This document shows, in pieces, positions 29,829-40,348 of a stretch of 60,928 nt of DNA (positions are counted from its first letter, which is position 1; each line of letters opens with the position of its first letter). The stretch spans positions 1 through 60,928 of the forward strand of contig JAQICS010000032.1 in assembly GCA_027858435.1 (NCBI GenBank), read 5' to 3'. The notes below the pieces were generated by a model that was given only the letters and a program-made list of their open reading frames with translations, had not been told where the DNA came from and searched no databases. This stretch comes from Patescibacteria group bacterium. Lineage in GTDB: Bacteria > Patescibacteriota > Patescibacteriia > Patescibacteriales > UBA12465. The position numbers and the translations under genes were made by a program.

Positions 29829-30836
29829 TCATCTTTTTAAGGACAATTTTATTATATTTTTATATTCTTTTAGCAAAAATTGCTCAAATATTAGCGAAAA
29901 TATGAATAATGAAGTAATTCTTAAGATTATCCTTATTTTATCTTTAAGAATTTGTTTTTTAAAATGTTTTAGATATAGTAAATGTTGATTTACAAAAGAG
30001 TACTTTCTGCTTATAACACTGTTTTTCTTCCTATTTTTAATTTTCGATAAAAAATTAGTGCTAAAATTACCAATACTTCTATCATGAAAAATTAAAGAAT
30101 TGAAATTAGTTTTACATTTAAAGCCATTTAGAAATAGTCTATAGGAAAGATCACAGTCTTCTTTGTACATAAAAAACCTCTCATCAAAGTATTCCTTTTT
30201 ATCTTTTTTTAAATTAGCAACTTTTTCTAAACTATCTATTTTAAATAATCCAGCTGCTCCACTAGGACCTATTATCTTATCCTGACATATCATATCTAAC
30301 TTATCATTTTCCATATCATCTCTTCCCTGCATCATATCTTTAAAGCTCAGTCCTGGCTCAAGGGTTAAACCTAGAGAGTCAATCTTTTTTGAAATATCAT
30401 TATTTTCAAAATCCCAAACTAATATTTTTGGAGAAACTGAGGCAATATCACCATCTTCTCCTATTGTCTTTACCATCTCTTCTATACTACTTTTTTCTAA
30501 GAAGGTATCAGGGTTAATTACTAAAAAATAATCACAACCCTCTGAATTAGCTTTCTCTATCATTAAGTTATAGGCAACAGAAAATCCAAGATTTTCTCCA
30601 AATTCTAATATTTCTAAATTTAAGTTAGGGTTTTCCTTTTTAAAATTTTCAACAATTTCATTATTTACCCCTCTATCACTTTTTTTACCTTTATTTTCAA
30701 AGCTATTATTAAAAGAAAGAATAAGGCTTTCTTTTAAATTAGCTTTTAAAAGAGCCTCTTTTAAGCTAGGAAGGAAAAAGGGTAGATATTTAGCGCTAGC
30801 GTTGTTGTAGGTGATATAACCAATGGCTAGTTTCAT
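29829..30836 (-). CDS. Glycosyltransferase family 2
   Basis: ENLGFS, INPD, FDERFFMYKEDCDL. Confidence 0.88.
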   Translation of the reverse strand: MKLAIGYITYNNASAKYLPFFLPSLKEALLKANLKESLILSFNNSFENKGKKSDRGVNNEIVENFKKENPNLNLEILEFGENLGFSVAYNLMIEKANSEGCDYFLVINPDTFLEKSSIEEMVKTIGEDGDIASVSPKILVWDFENNDISKKIDSLGLTLEPGLSFKDMMQGRDDMENDKLDMICQDKIIGPSGAAGLFKIDSLEKVANLKKDKKEYFDERFFMYKEDCDLSYRLFLNGFKCKTNFNSLIFHDRSIGNFSTNFLSKIKNRKKNSVISRKYSFVNQHLLYLKHFKKQILKDKIRIILRITSLFIFSLIFEQFLLKEYKNIIKLSLKR

Positions 30837-30838
30837 AA

Positions 30839-31705
30839 TTATATTTTAATATTTAAAAATTCAGCTAGGGCTAAATTATATGGCCGCATTTTCTTTAGCT
30901 TTTCATTTTTTAAAATGGAATATTTAGACACCCGAGCGTCTTTTAACAAATCTTCACTTCTAAGTCCTTTTAGATAAACTGGCAAACGTGATATACCAAA
31001 AAGCTCAGCTGCTGCGTCGTACCAAGTGGCTGGTTTTTCGTTAACTAAATGATACACTCCAAAAGGAACTTTTAATTCCCACATTCTTTTACAAGCGTGA
31101 GCTAAATCAGGAGTGTAAGTGAAATTTGCTAACTCTTCTTTTATCACTTTAAAATCTCTTTTTCCTTCCCTGTATTCAAAAAGAAGATTAGAAAAGAAAT
31201 CTCTTTCATCTTCATTTTCTGGTCCAGGTGGTCCAAATAATCTTGAATATCTAACGAGATAGAAATTTAGTCCTAATCTTCCTCTCCTTATCAATTCAAT
31301 TTCTCCTTTAGCCTTTGTTTCCCCGTATTTATTTAAAGGATTAGGAGTCTCCTCTTCTGTAAAATATTGCTTATCTTTAGTTCCATTAAATACTTGATTA
31401 TTAGAAAAATGAATTAAAATTGAATCGTTTTCTTTAGATATATCGGCTAATTTAGCTACTAATTCAATATTATACTTTACAGCTCTAGCTAATCCATTTT
31501 CTCTTTCACATTTTTCTACTTCATTATAGGAAGTTGTATTTACAATTAAATCTGGTTTTAGAGCATTAATTTTAGTCTCAAGGGTTTCAAAGTCTAAAAA
31601 ACTAATTTCCTCTTTATCCCAAGAGAAAACATCATAATCTTCAGAAAAACTTTTAACCAATTGAAATCCGAGTTTATTTTGTCCTCCTAAAATTAGTATT
31701 CTCAT
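30839..31705 (-). CDS. dTDP-4-dehydrorhamnose reductase-like (RmlD family, divergent)
   Basis: MRILILGG, PNPLNKYGETK, TYTPDLA, GVYHLVN; start set at MRILILGG. Confidence 0.8.
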   Translation of the reverse strand: MRILILGGQNKLGFQLVKSFSEDYDVFSWDKEEISFLDFETLETKINALKPDLIVNTTSYNEVEKCERENGLARAVKYNIELVAKLADISKENDSILIHFSNNQVFNGTKDKQYFTEEETPNPLNKYGETKAKGEIELIRRGRLGLNFYLVRYSRLFGPPGPENEDERDFFSNLLFEYREGKRDFKVIKEELANFTYTPDLAHACKRMWELKVPFGVYHLVNEKPATWYDAAAELFGISRLPVYLKGLRSEDLLKDARVSKYSILKNEKLKKMRPYNLALAEFLNIKI

Positions 31706-31706
31706 A

Positions 31707-32972
31707 TTATTTGACCAATAACTTATCACTTTTTTCAGGATTTATCATCACCTTCTTTATCCCTTCTTCCATCTTCATTCCCCTTGATCCTTTAAAAAGC
31801 ATAACATCACCAGGTCTTATTCTATCTTGTATAAATAGTCCTGCTTGAGAGCTATTTTCAAAAGAAAATATATTCTTTTTAGCAAAGCCTCGTCTATTTG
31901 CTTCCTCTCCAATATATTCTGATTCTTTTCCAACTAGTACTAAAAAGTCAATATCAAGATTATTAATATATTTACCAATTTCCCTGTGTATTTCAATAGA
32001 CATATCTCCAAGCTCTAAAATATCTCCTAAAACTGCATATTTAAATGACTCATTATCAATTTTAATTTTATTAAAAACCTCAAGAGCCAACTTACATGAC
32101 TCAGGTGATGAGTTGTAGCTATCATCAATTATAAAGGAATGGTTAATTCCAATTAAGGTATTCATACGACCATTTGGAAGAGAAAAATCTTTTAAAGAAG
32201 CAGCGATGTCAATTAGGTTTAAACCAAAGTGAAGACCAACTGAGGCAGCTGATAGGGCGGCATAGACGGCTGATTTTGTAATAACATTATCCATTACAAC
32301 TGGCACAATTGAGCCATTGTAATTGAACTTAAAATTAAGTCCAGACAAATCGTAATTTCCTCTCTCTAGATTATATTTTAAATCTTGAGCCTTAAGTTCT
32401 GCTCCACTATTAAAACCATATTTTAACACTTTAGAACGTGAAAGGTTGGCCATTTGACAAACTAAATCATCATCACAGTTTAAAATTGCTAAACCATTAG
32501 CTGGCAAAGCTTTAACTAATTTCTGTTTTTCTTCTTTTATTTTTTGACGTGATCCAAAAAATTCAATATGAGAGTGACCAACTGAGGTTACTACTCCAAT
32601 ACTAGGCATAGCAATGCTGCATAAATAATCCATATCACCTGGTCTATCAATTCCCATTTCTAAAACTAATATTTTTGGATATTTTTTACTCTTAAATATA
32701 ATTAAAATAATTGCTTTACAGAAAACTGCAAGCCAAGCAAAAATGTTTTTACCAGGTGATATTTGGCCAATAATTGAAAGCGGTAAGCCAATTTCATTAT
32801 TATAGTTCTTTAATCCACCACTAACCCTATATTTGCTTTTAAGAACTTGGCAAATAACATTCTTGGAACTAGTTTTTCCAACTGAGCCAGTAATAGCAAC
32901 AACTTTTGGTTTCTGTCGCCAAATTACCAACTTTGCTAATATCTTTAGTTTTAATTGTAATATTTTTTTCAT
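31707..32972 (-). CDS. murF: UDP-MurNAc-tripeptide--D-Ala-D-Ala ligase
   Basis: ITGSVGKTS, NNEIGLP, VLEMG, IDDSYNSSP, FKGSRG. Confidence 0.92.
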   Translation of the reverse strand: MKKILQLKLKILAKLVIWRQKPKVVAITGSVGKTSSKNVICQVLKSKYRVSGGLKNYNNEIGLPLSIIGQISPGKNIFAWLAVFCKAIILIIFKSKKYPKILVLEMGIDRPGDMDYLCSIAMPSIGVVTSVGHSHIEFFGSRQKIKEEKQKLVKALPANGLAILNCDDDLVCQMANLSRSKVLKYGFNSGAELKAQDLKYNLERGNYDLSGLNFKFNYNGSIVPVVMDNVITKSAVYAALSAASVGLHFGLNLIDIAASLKDFSLPNGRMNTLIGINHSFIIDDSYNSSPESCKLALEVFNKIKIDNESFKYAVLGDILELGDMSIEIHREIGKYINNLDIDFLVLVGKESEYIGEEANRRGFAKKNIFSFENSSQAGLFIQDRIRPGDVMLFKGSRGMKMEEGIKKVMINPEKSDKLLVK

Positions 32973-32985
32973 AAATTATTTATTC

Positions 32986-35025
32986 CTATCTTGTTTTCGG
33001 AGACTGATAATACTTGAGGATAAACTCTCCTATATCCTGAAATAACGGTACTACTGAGCTCTCAGCGTACTGCACATCTTTTGGGCTGTCAATTTTAGTT
33101 AACATCACAAATCTCGGTTCTTCAATTGGAGCAACGCCGATAAAGGTGTGGACATATTCATTTTGTCTATAACCACCTTTAGAAGCAATTTGGGCTGTTC
33201 CTGTTTTACCACCTACATAATAGCCATCAACCTTAGCTTTCGTTGAGTGACCCTTTTCAACAATATTAACAAGCATGGCTAACATTGTTTCAGCTGTTTC
33301 TTTAGAAATAACTTGCCTTACTTCCTTAGGATTAGTTATCTCTTCCCTGTCTTCATAAACAATCTTGTCCACTATATATGGCTTCATTAAATTACCTTCA
33401 TTAGCAATTGCTTGATATGACATAACCATTTGAAGAGGAGTAACGGCAATTCCTTGACCAAATGAAGCAGTAGCAGCATCAATCTCTTTTACCCTATCTC
33501 TTAGCAAATTAGCCATATTTCCACTACCCTCTGATCCAAGCTCAACTCCTGTTTTTTCACCAAAGCCAAAATCTTTAACATAAGCGCTAAAGTCCTCTAC
33601 TCCAGTTTGTTTCATTGCAAATATGGCTCCAGTATTTAGTGAATAATCTAAAACATAATTCATATCCACTATTCCATGAGCACCTTTACTAGAAAAATCA
33701 GCGTTCTTAATTGGTTTATACCACCCTTCTATCATAATTTGTCCCTCATCATTGTAAGTAGTGCTAGGTTTTACCTTATTCTTATCAATCGCTGCTGCCA
33801 TTGTTATTACCTTAAACACAGAACCAGGTTCATATTGGTATAAAACATTAGGATTATTATAGACACTAATATCTTCTACTTCTGAATAGTTATTTGGGTT
33901 AAACTTTGGTTCAGAACACATTGTTAATATTGCCCCCGTTTTCGGATCTATGATAATAACGGAGCCGCCAGTTGCCTCGTGTTTTTCTACTGCTTTACTT
34001 AATTTATCACAAGCAAAGGTTTGAATATTTCTATCAATTGTTAATACAATATCTGCCCCATCTTTTGCTTCAATATAGTCCCTATCACTTGCTATCATAA
34101 TGTTTCCGGCTCCAACATCTGTTTCAATAGAACCATATTCACCAAATAATTCTGTATTAAAAAATTCTTCTAATCCATAACGTCCTTTGCCTTCACCATC
34201 AACATAACTAACAAAACCTAAAAGTTGTGAGCCAAGTTCATTTTCTGGATAATATCTATAACTACCAACATTAAAGCCAATACCAGGTATTATTAATGTT
34301 GTATCTTCTTCCTTTTGCTCTCCAGTATAATATACTTTTCCATTTCTATACTTTAGATCATCAACTGTTATTTCTTTTTTAATATCAAGTTCATACTTTT
34401 CATATTCTTGATTATTAAAATGCTCAACTAAAGAGCTTTCTTTTATCTCACCTTCAACTTCATACTCCGGTTGAATAATATAGCTGTATAATTTTAAAAA
34501 ATTATTTATTTCAATTCTTATATTAAGCGGTTCATACACATCCCCTGGTTTATCAAATCTTTTTAAATAGTTAGAAATTATAGTTTCTTTTGTAGAGGTA
34601 GCAATAATTACTTCTTTTTTAATTTCTCTTTCTTTATTTTCTTCTCTAATTTCTTCCTCAAGTCTTGGTTTATCAAAGAAATTATAGAATTTATGGGCCA
34701 TCTCCTCTGGGTTTAGTACATCTTTTGGAACAGTGTAAATAGTAGCCATATCCCTATTTGTAGCGGCCGCAAAAAAATTCTCTTGATTGTTCTTTTTTTC
34801 TTGAAAATATATTCTCCCTCTATCTGGAGTTAACATGCTTGAATACTCGTGTTGACGAGAAGCTTTAGCTTTATATAAATCACAATCTTTTACTTGAAGA
34901 GTAAATAATTGATATATAATTGAAAAGCAAAATAAAAAAACAATCGCTACGACAATACGCCAGCGACCTAAACCAAGCTTAGACTTCTTTTTTTTCACCC
35001 TGTTTTTGTTTTTTCCTTCCCACAT
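32986..35025 (-). CDS. ftsI: Class B penicillin-binding protein (FtsI)
   Basis: EPGSVFK (SxxK), SLN, KTGTAQ; dcw position. Confidence 0.88.
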   Translation of the reverse strand: MWEGKNKNRVKKKKSKLGLGRWRIVVAIVFLFCFSIIYQLFTLQVKDCDLYKAKASRQHEYSSMLTPDRGRIYFQEKKNNQENFFAAATNRDMATIYTVPKDVLNPEEMAHKFYNFFDKPRLEEEIREENKEREIKKEVIIATSTKETIISNYLKRFDKPGDVYEPLNIRIEINNFLKLYSYIIQPEYEVEGEIKESSLVEHFNNQEYEKYELDIKKEITVDDLKYRNGKVYYTGEQKEEDTTLIIPGIGFNVGSYRYYPENELGSQLLGFVSYVDGEGKGRYGLEEFFNTELFGEYGSIETDVGAGNIMIASDRDYIEAKDGADIVLTIDRNIQTFACDKLSKAVEKHEATGGSVIIIDPKTGAILTMCSEPKFNPNNYSEVEDISVYNNPNVLYQYEPGSVFKVITMAAAIDKNKVKPSTTYNDEGQIMIEGWYKPIKNADFSSKGAHGIVDMNYVLDYSLNTGAIFAMKQTGVEDFSAYVKDFGFGEKTGVELGSEGSGNMANLLRDRVKEIDAATASFGQGIAVTPLQMVMSYQAIANEGNLMKPYIVDKIVYEDREEITNPKEVRQVISKETAETMLAMLVNIVEKGHSTKAKVDGYYVGGKTGTAQIASKGGYRQNEYVHTFIGVAPIEEPRFVMLTKIDSPKDVQYAESSVVPLFQDIGEFILKYYQSPKTR

Positions 35026-35057
35026 AAAATACTTTTAAACAGGCAAAATATTTGTTT

Positions 35058-35381
35058 TTATTTCTTAGCTAAAACTTGATCATTTCTAGTTAAATAAATA
35101 ACATCATTTGCCTCAACCATCTTTAATGAATCAATTCTAGAAGAAAAAGCATAGTATGATTGATTAGCATTAACTTCTTCCTCAAGCCCTCTATTTTTTT
35201 CCGCTAAATAATCTACTTCAGTTTTTAATTCTTGGATAACAAAACCATCAACAGTTACTTGATTAATATTAAAAAGATAAAAGCCACCAACTATAATTAG
35301 GGCGGTAAATATAAAAGCGTTTAACACCTTTAGAGATGTTTTTTTCTTATCTTGATTACAATGTTTTTTGTTACTGCTCAT
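35058..35381 (-). CDS. FtsL-like cell division protein
   Basis: TM plus coiled coil, between rsmH and ftsI. Confidence 0.65.
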   Translation of the reverse strand: MSSNKKHCNQDKKKTSLKVLNAFIFTALIIVGGFYLFNINQVTVDGFVIQELKTEVDYLAEKNRGLEEEVNANQSYYAFSSRIDSLKMVEANDVIYLTRNDQVLAKK

Positions 35382-35414
35382 ATTTTTATCTTTTTATATA
35401 TGAATTGAAAATTA

Positions 35415-36332
35415 TTAAATTTTTTCTGCGCTTCTTAGTTTTGCACTTCTAGCTCTTGGGTTTCTATCAGCTTCCTCTAAGCTACACTCGATTGGTTTTT
35501 TAGTTATATTTTTGAAACTACTATTTTTTCTATCTCGTAGAAAATTCTTTACTATCCTATCTTCTCCGCTATGAAATGATACTACTACTAACTTTCCACC
35601 GGTCTTTAATTTCTCCTCTGCCTTCTCTAAAGCTTGCTCTAGTACTTTATATTCTGAATTTGTCTCTATCCTTAAAGCTTGAAATACTTTAGTAGCTGGA
35701 TGAATGTTTGACTTGAAATTAAAGGGCTTAACTTCTTCAATTATCTTAACTAAATCATTAGTGGTTTTAATTCTCTTGTCTTTTCTTTTCTTAACTATAT
35801 TTAGAGCAATTTGCTCTGCCTTTCTTTCTTCGCCATAATCAGAAAATATTTTAGCTAAATCTTCAACTGAATATTTGTTTACTATATCCTCAGTAGATGG
35901 CTCACTTGTCTGAGAGAAAGCCATATTTAGGGGACGAGTACCTTTAAAGGAAAATCCACGACTCTCATCATCAAGTTGTGCTGATGATAGTCCTAGATCA
36001 AATACGATGCCGTCAAATTTAAAAGAACGTGGGAAAAACTTATGACTTACCTGATCTAAATTTTTAAAATTACTTTTAGCAAGTATTACATTACTAAGTC
36101 CTTTACTTTCTAATATGTCTTTTGCGTTTTCAAGTGCTAAATCATCTAAATCTATTGCTAACACTTTTCCCTCTGGTCCAATTTTTTCCGCTATTAAACT
36201 AGTATATCCTGCCCCTCCTAAAGTACAATCTATATAATATCCTCCTTTTTTTAAATCAAGATTAGAAATAATTTCTTCAAGCATTACTGGAATATGAAAA
36301 TATTTCTTACTTTGTTTATCTAAATTATCCAT
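35415..36332 (-). CDS. rsmH: 16S rRNA m4C1402 methyltransferase
   Basis: HIPVM, DCTLGGAG, DLGLSS, FQALRI, SFHSGEDR, NPRARSAKLR. Confidence 0.96.
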   Translation of the reverse strand: MDNLDKQSKKYFHIPVMLEEIISNLDLKKGGYYIDCTLGGAGYTSLIAEKIGPEGKVLAIDLDDLALENAKDILESKGLSNVILAKSNFKNLDQVSHKFFPRSFKFDGIVFDLGLSSAQLDDESRGFSFKGTRPLNMAFSQTSEPSTEDIVNKYSVEDLAKIFSDYGEERKAEQIALNIVKKRKDKRIKTTNDLVKIIEEVKPFNFKSNIHPATKVFQALRIETNSEYKVLEQALEKAEEKLKTGGKLVVVSFHSGEDRIVKNFLRDRKNSSFKNITKKPIECSLEEADRNPRARSAKLRSAEKI

Positions 36333-36334
36333 TT

Positions 36335-36766
36335 TTAAATCCCTAAATTACCTAATTCTTCAGCGATTGAATTACTATTCTTCTCTGATTCAGATTTATA
36401 TTTAACCCATGCATCTTCATCCCATACTTCTAAATGATCATATAGTCCAGCCACTATCACACTCTTTTTTAAATTTGAAAATGATCTTAAATATTCTGGT
36501 AGGGTTATTCGTCCTTGATTATCAAATTCTAAGTCCATAGCTCCAGCTAACATATGACGACTAAAGGCTCTAGCTTTTGCTTGGCTAATTGGAAGCTCTG
36601 ATAGATTTTTGGCAATTTTTAAAAACTCATCTTTTGAATACAAAAAAAGGCAACCATCAAGACCTTTAGTCGCGACTGCGCCTTTCTTTAAAACAGAACG
36701 AAACTTAGCTGGAATAGCCAGTCGTCCTTTACTATCTAAATTGTGTCGGTATTCTCCGATGAACAT
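36335..36766 (-). CDS. mraZ: Transcriptional regulator MraZ
   Basis: MFIGEY..LDSKGRLAIPAKFR, DNQGRI. Confidence 0.96.
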   Translation of the reverse strand: MFIGEYRHNLDSKGRLAIPAKFRSVLKKGAVATKGLDGCLFLYSKDEFLKIAKNLSELPISQAKARAFSRHMLAGAMDLEFDNQGRITLPEYLRSFSNLKKSVIVAGLYDHLEVWDEDAWVKYKSESEKNSNSIAEELGNLGI

Positions 36767-36776
36767 ATAATTATTA

Positions 36777-36843
36777 TTTCACCTTAATTCCCCACAAATC
36801 ACCTTACGAGTTTAATTATACACCACTTATACCCTTAGGTCAA
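36777..36843 (-). promoter_or_regulatory. dcw promoter with putative MraZ-binding 10-bp phased repeats
   Basis: TTGACC-N17-TATAAT (36815-36843), then TAAGGTGATT-TGTGGGGAAT-TAAGGTGAAA on the minus strand. Confidence 0.65.
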
Positions 36844-36965
36844 CACTTAGTGTTTAGCTAATATAAGCAAAAAATTAAAATAAAAAAGCACTTATAAACA
36901 AGTGCTTAAAAAAAATAAATATTTTTATTTATATTTAAGGTAAAGTTATCAACAGGCTATTTTAA

Positions 36966-37361
36966 CTAAGAAATATTAGGACTAGCACTATATTCTGGTT
37001 CAACAATATTATATTTAGAAAACTTTTTTGTTTTATCTTTCTTTAAAATTAAATTATCATTTTCTAAATACCCAGCTCTTGCTTTAATATTCAGTCCATA
37101 AGAAAGAGCATTGGCGGTTACCACTCCGATTCTAAGTGAGGTAAAACTACCACCTTCATTTTTAACCACAATTAATTCTAACTCAGATAATTCTAATCCA
37201 TTTTTCTCTAAAAGTTTTAAAATTTCTGGAAGTAGTTTTTCTGATTGTTTGCGAAAAGCTGAAATATTTGATTTAGAAATTAAATTAAAACTACTTCCCT
37301 TTTTTTCAAAAAGAGAAATTATCATTTTTTCTTTTTCAGTTGTGTCAATATATAGAGTCAT
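36966..37361 (-). CDS. tsaB: Truncated TsaB-like (t6A synthesis) protein
   Basis: LYIDT, SEKLLP, GSFTSLRIGV..ANAL, terminal PEY. Confidence 0.8.
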   Translation of the reverse strand: MTLYIDTTEKEKMIISLFEKKGSSFNLISKSNISAFRKQSEKLLPEILKLLEKNGLELSELELIVVKNEGGSFTSLRIGVVTANALSYGLNIKARAGYLENDNLILKKDKTKKFSKYNIVEPEYSASPNIS

Positions 37362-38329
37362 ATATTTAATATTTTAGAAACATCTTTTAAGGATTCAATT
37401 TTAGTTATTTCTTTTCTTATCTTTGAGGCGCCTTCTATTCCATTTAAATACCAAACCAAATTCTTACGAAGCTCATGTACAGAATCTTTTCCTTTTAATC
37501 TTAAGTATAGCTTAGCATGTTTATAAATCATTTTAAAAACTTCAGACTTATTCTTCTTAATTTCCCTACCTTTTTTAATCTCTTTAAAAAGCCAAGGACG
37601 TCCTAAAACACCTCTAGCTAAACCTAAGCCATCAGCCTTACTTTCACTCATTGCTAAATTAGCTGTTTCAAGACTATTTATCCCACCGTTTGCAAGAATC
37701 ACTCCTTTAAAATACTTTCTAGCATTTGCTATTTCACTATATTTAACTTCACCGATAAATCCTTGACTTAAACTGCGACCATGAATCATTAAAGCAAATA
37801 TATCTAAGTCTTCAATGTTTTTTAAAAAATCAAGATAGGAAACATCACCAGCTTTAAGACGAATTTTAACAGATACTGGTAGTTTTGTATTACTTAACAC
37901 AGTCTCAAGCACTTCTCTTGATCTTTTTAAATCTTTCATTAAACCAGAACCGGCTCCTTGTTTAACAACTTTTGGAACTGGACAACCAAAGTTAATATCA
38001 ATTCCATCGGGTTTAACCTTTTCTTCGACAACTTTAACAGCAACTGCAAAATGTTCAGGCTTTGAACCAAATAGTTGAACAATATATGGTCTCTCAAGTC
38101 TTGGATTAAATTTTAAAAGCGAAAGAGTTTTTAACTTCTCTCTATCACTCTTCTTTTCCTTGTGAGCGTAATAAAGAGCGGCTGCTGAAGCCATTTCACT
38201 ATATAAGACATCTGCTCCCTGTTTTTTACAAATTCTTCTAAAAGGGGCATCAGAAAAACCGGCCATTGGAGCAAGTGCTAAAATGGGCCGGTTTCTTTTT
38301 TTAAGTTTTTGCCAAAAGTTTCTTTTCAT
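37358..38329 (-). CDS. tRNA-dihydrouridine synthase (DusB family)
   Basis: LAPMAG, VQLFG, DINFGCP, VKIR, HGR, ANGGI. Confidence 0.92.
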   Translation of the reverse strand: MKRNFWQKLKKRNRPILALAPMAGFSDAPFRRICKKQGADVLYSEMASAAALYYAHKEKKSDREKLKTLSLLKFNPRLERPYIVQLFGSKPEHFAVAVKVVEEKVKPDGIDINFGCPVPKVVKQGAGSGLMKDLKRSREVLETVLSNTKLPVSVKIRLKAGDVSYLDFLKNIEDLDIFALMIHGRSLSQGFIGEVKYSEIANARKYFKGVILANGGINSLETANLAMSESKADGLGLARGVLGRPWLFKEIKKGREIKKNKSEVFKMIYKHAKLYLRLKGKDSVHELRKNLVWYLNGIEGASKIRKEITKIESLKDVSKILNI

Positions 38330-39732
38330 TTTTTCTTTAGTTTATAACCATCAGGTCCATCTTCAATTTCATAACCTTCTTTTTCTATTTCATCTCTTAA
38401 ACTATCTGATTTAGAAAAATCTTTTTCATCTCTTGCTATCTGTCTTTTTTCAGCTAAACTTTTAATTTCAGCTGGTATTTCTACTTCATTATTATTAAAA
38501 CTTTCTTCAAAGTCAAGACTTAAACCCAAGACTTTATCAAAGTCTTTAGCTGTCTCTAGCTTATCATCTGGATTTAGTCTTGATTTAAAAACAGAAAAAA
38601 GTATAGCTAAAGCTTGAGGCATATTTAAATCATCGTTAATAGCTGATTGAAATTGTTCCTTAAAGTATTTATCAACTCTTCCCTTTAAAAAGGCATTACT
38701 CTTAATCGCTAAATATTGTTTTCTTAAACTATCTAATCCTTTCTCAGCTTGAATTAAAGACTCTTCGCTATATTCCATGGGTTTTCTATAGTGAACTTGA
38801 AGAGCAGCAAAACGATAGGCAAGAGGATTTATTCCTTTTTTAAGCAAGGCGTTTTCTATAGTTAAAAAATTTTCAGAACTCTTAGCCATTTTCTTACCAC
38901 CAGAAATATTTAGAAAAGCACCATGAAGCCAATAGTTGAAAAACTTCTTTTCAGTTGCTGCTTCACTTTGAGCAATTTCATTAGTGTGATGAACGTTTAT
39001 ATGATCCATTCCTCCACAATGAATATCTAAACTATCCTTTAATTCCATTAAACTCATAGCTGAACACTCAAGGTGCCAACCAGGAAAACCAATTCCCCAA
39101 GGAGAATCCCATTCCATTTGTCTGTTAGAATCAGATGGTGAAAATTTCCATAAAGCAAAATCTGTTGAATTTCTTTTCTCATCATTTTTACAGACTCTTG
39201 CTCCTTCTTTTAAATCTTCAAGAGACTGATGACTTAGCTTATTATATTCAGGAAATTTAGAAGTATCAAAATACAGACCATCAGATATTTTATAGACAAA
39301 ACCTTTTTCCTCTAATTGTTTAATTAAATCAATTTGCTCATCAATTGTCTCACTCGCCTTTAACCAAACATCGGGTTTAATGATGTTTAAAAGTTCTAAA
39401 TCTTGTTTAAAAGCATTAGTATAAAAAGAAGCAATTTCTAGAGCAGATTTTCCAATTTGCCTAGATTTCTTTTCAATCTTATCCTCACCCATATCTTGAT
39501 CATCAGTTAGATGACCAACGTCAGTAACATTCATCACTCTTTTAACTTGATAATCATTATATTTAAGTACCCTTATTAAAAAGTCTTCAAATAAATAAGT
39601 ACGTAAATTGCCAATATGAGCAAAATTATAAACAGTCGGGCCGCAGGTATAAATACCAACACGGCCCGGGTTTATAGATTGAAATTCTTCTTTTTTTCTA
39701 TTTAAAGAGTTATAAAGAAAAATTTTATTCAT
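38326..39732 (-). CDS. cysS: Cysteine--tRNA ligase
   Basis: CGPTVY, HIGN, PGWHLECS, KMAKS. Confidence 0.97.
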   Translation of the reverse strand: MNKIFLYNSLNRKKEEFQSINPGRVGIYTCGPTVYNFAHIGNLRTYLFEDFLIRVLKYNDYQVKRVMNVTDVGHLTDDQDMGEDKIEKKSRQIGKSALEIASFYTNAFKQDLELLNIIKPDVWLKASETIDEQIDLIKQLEEKGFVYKISDGLYFDTSKFPEYNKLSHQSLEDLKEGARVCKNDEKRNSTDFALWKFSPSDSNRQMEWDSPWGIGFPGWHLECSAMSLMELKDSLDIHCGGMDHINVHHTNEIAQSEAATEKKFFNYWLHGAFLNISGGKKMAKSSENFLTIENALLKKGINPLAYRFAALQVHYRKPMEYSEESLIQAEKGLDSLRKQYLAIKSNAFLKGRVDKYFKEQFQSAINDDLNMPQALAILFSVFKSRLNPDDKLETAKDFDKVLGLSLDFEESFNNNEVEIPAEIKSLAEKRQIARDEKDFSKSDSLRDEIEKEGYEIEDGPDGYKLKKK

Positions 39733-39740
39733 AGTTTTTA

Positions 39741-40250
39741 TTATTCAATTACTTCACCTTCCATTACTTCCTCTCCCCCAACTTCTTCAGCTACCGAGTC
39801 AGCAATTTGAGTTACTAAAATAATTGTAGGTTGTTCCGGAGCAAATTCAATTTCTGCTTTGTGTTTTGCCTCTCCTTCATATTCAACTTCAGCAACATTA
39901 TCACCAGTCCAAGAAATACTTGTTACATCAAATTTTATTCCATCTTCTTCTTTTACAGGAGAATAGGTGTCAATTTGTGTTCTTACTTGTTCTTCTCTAA
40001 GTTCTTGTAAAGCAGACTCTATAACCTCAGTATTATTTTCCTCTTCCTCTGGTAAATTAATACCATTTTCATCATCAACTTCAAGATTAGTATTTTCGTT
40101 ATTTACTTCATTTTCTAATACTTCATTTTCTAATCCTTCATTTTCTAATTCTCCATTTTCCTCAACAGCACCTGGTACAAGTACTAGGAAAATTAAAAGA
40201 GCTAAAACAAGAAAACTAAAAATGATTAATGCATTTTTTCCTTTTTTCAT
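39741..40250 (-). CDS. Membrane-anchored acidic hypothetical protein
   Basis: N-terminal TM/signal; LENE repeats. Confidence 0.65.
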   Translation of the reverse strand: MKKGKNALIIFSFLVLALLIFLVLVPGAVEENGELENEGLENEVLENEVNNENTNLEVDDENGINLPEEEENNTEVIESALQELREEQVRTQIDTYSPVKEEDGIKFDVTSISWTGDNVAEVEYEGEAKHKAEIEFAPEQPTIILVTQIADSVAEEVGGEEVMEGEVIE

Positions 40251-40348
40251 AGATTTAAAAATTAATTTTTTAATATAGTTAAATTATAGCAAACATTTAA
40301 AAACAAGACAATAAAAAAGCCCGCTAGTAAGTAGCGAGCTTAGATTTT

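Noticed and set aside
36946..36956. DnaA-box-like TTATCAACA suggesting oriC
   Set aside because: Single copy, no dnaA nearby, and no switch in gene orientation.
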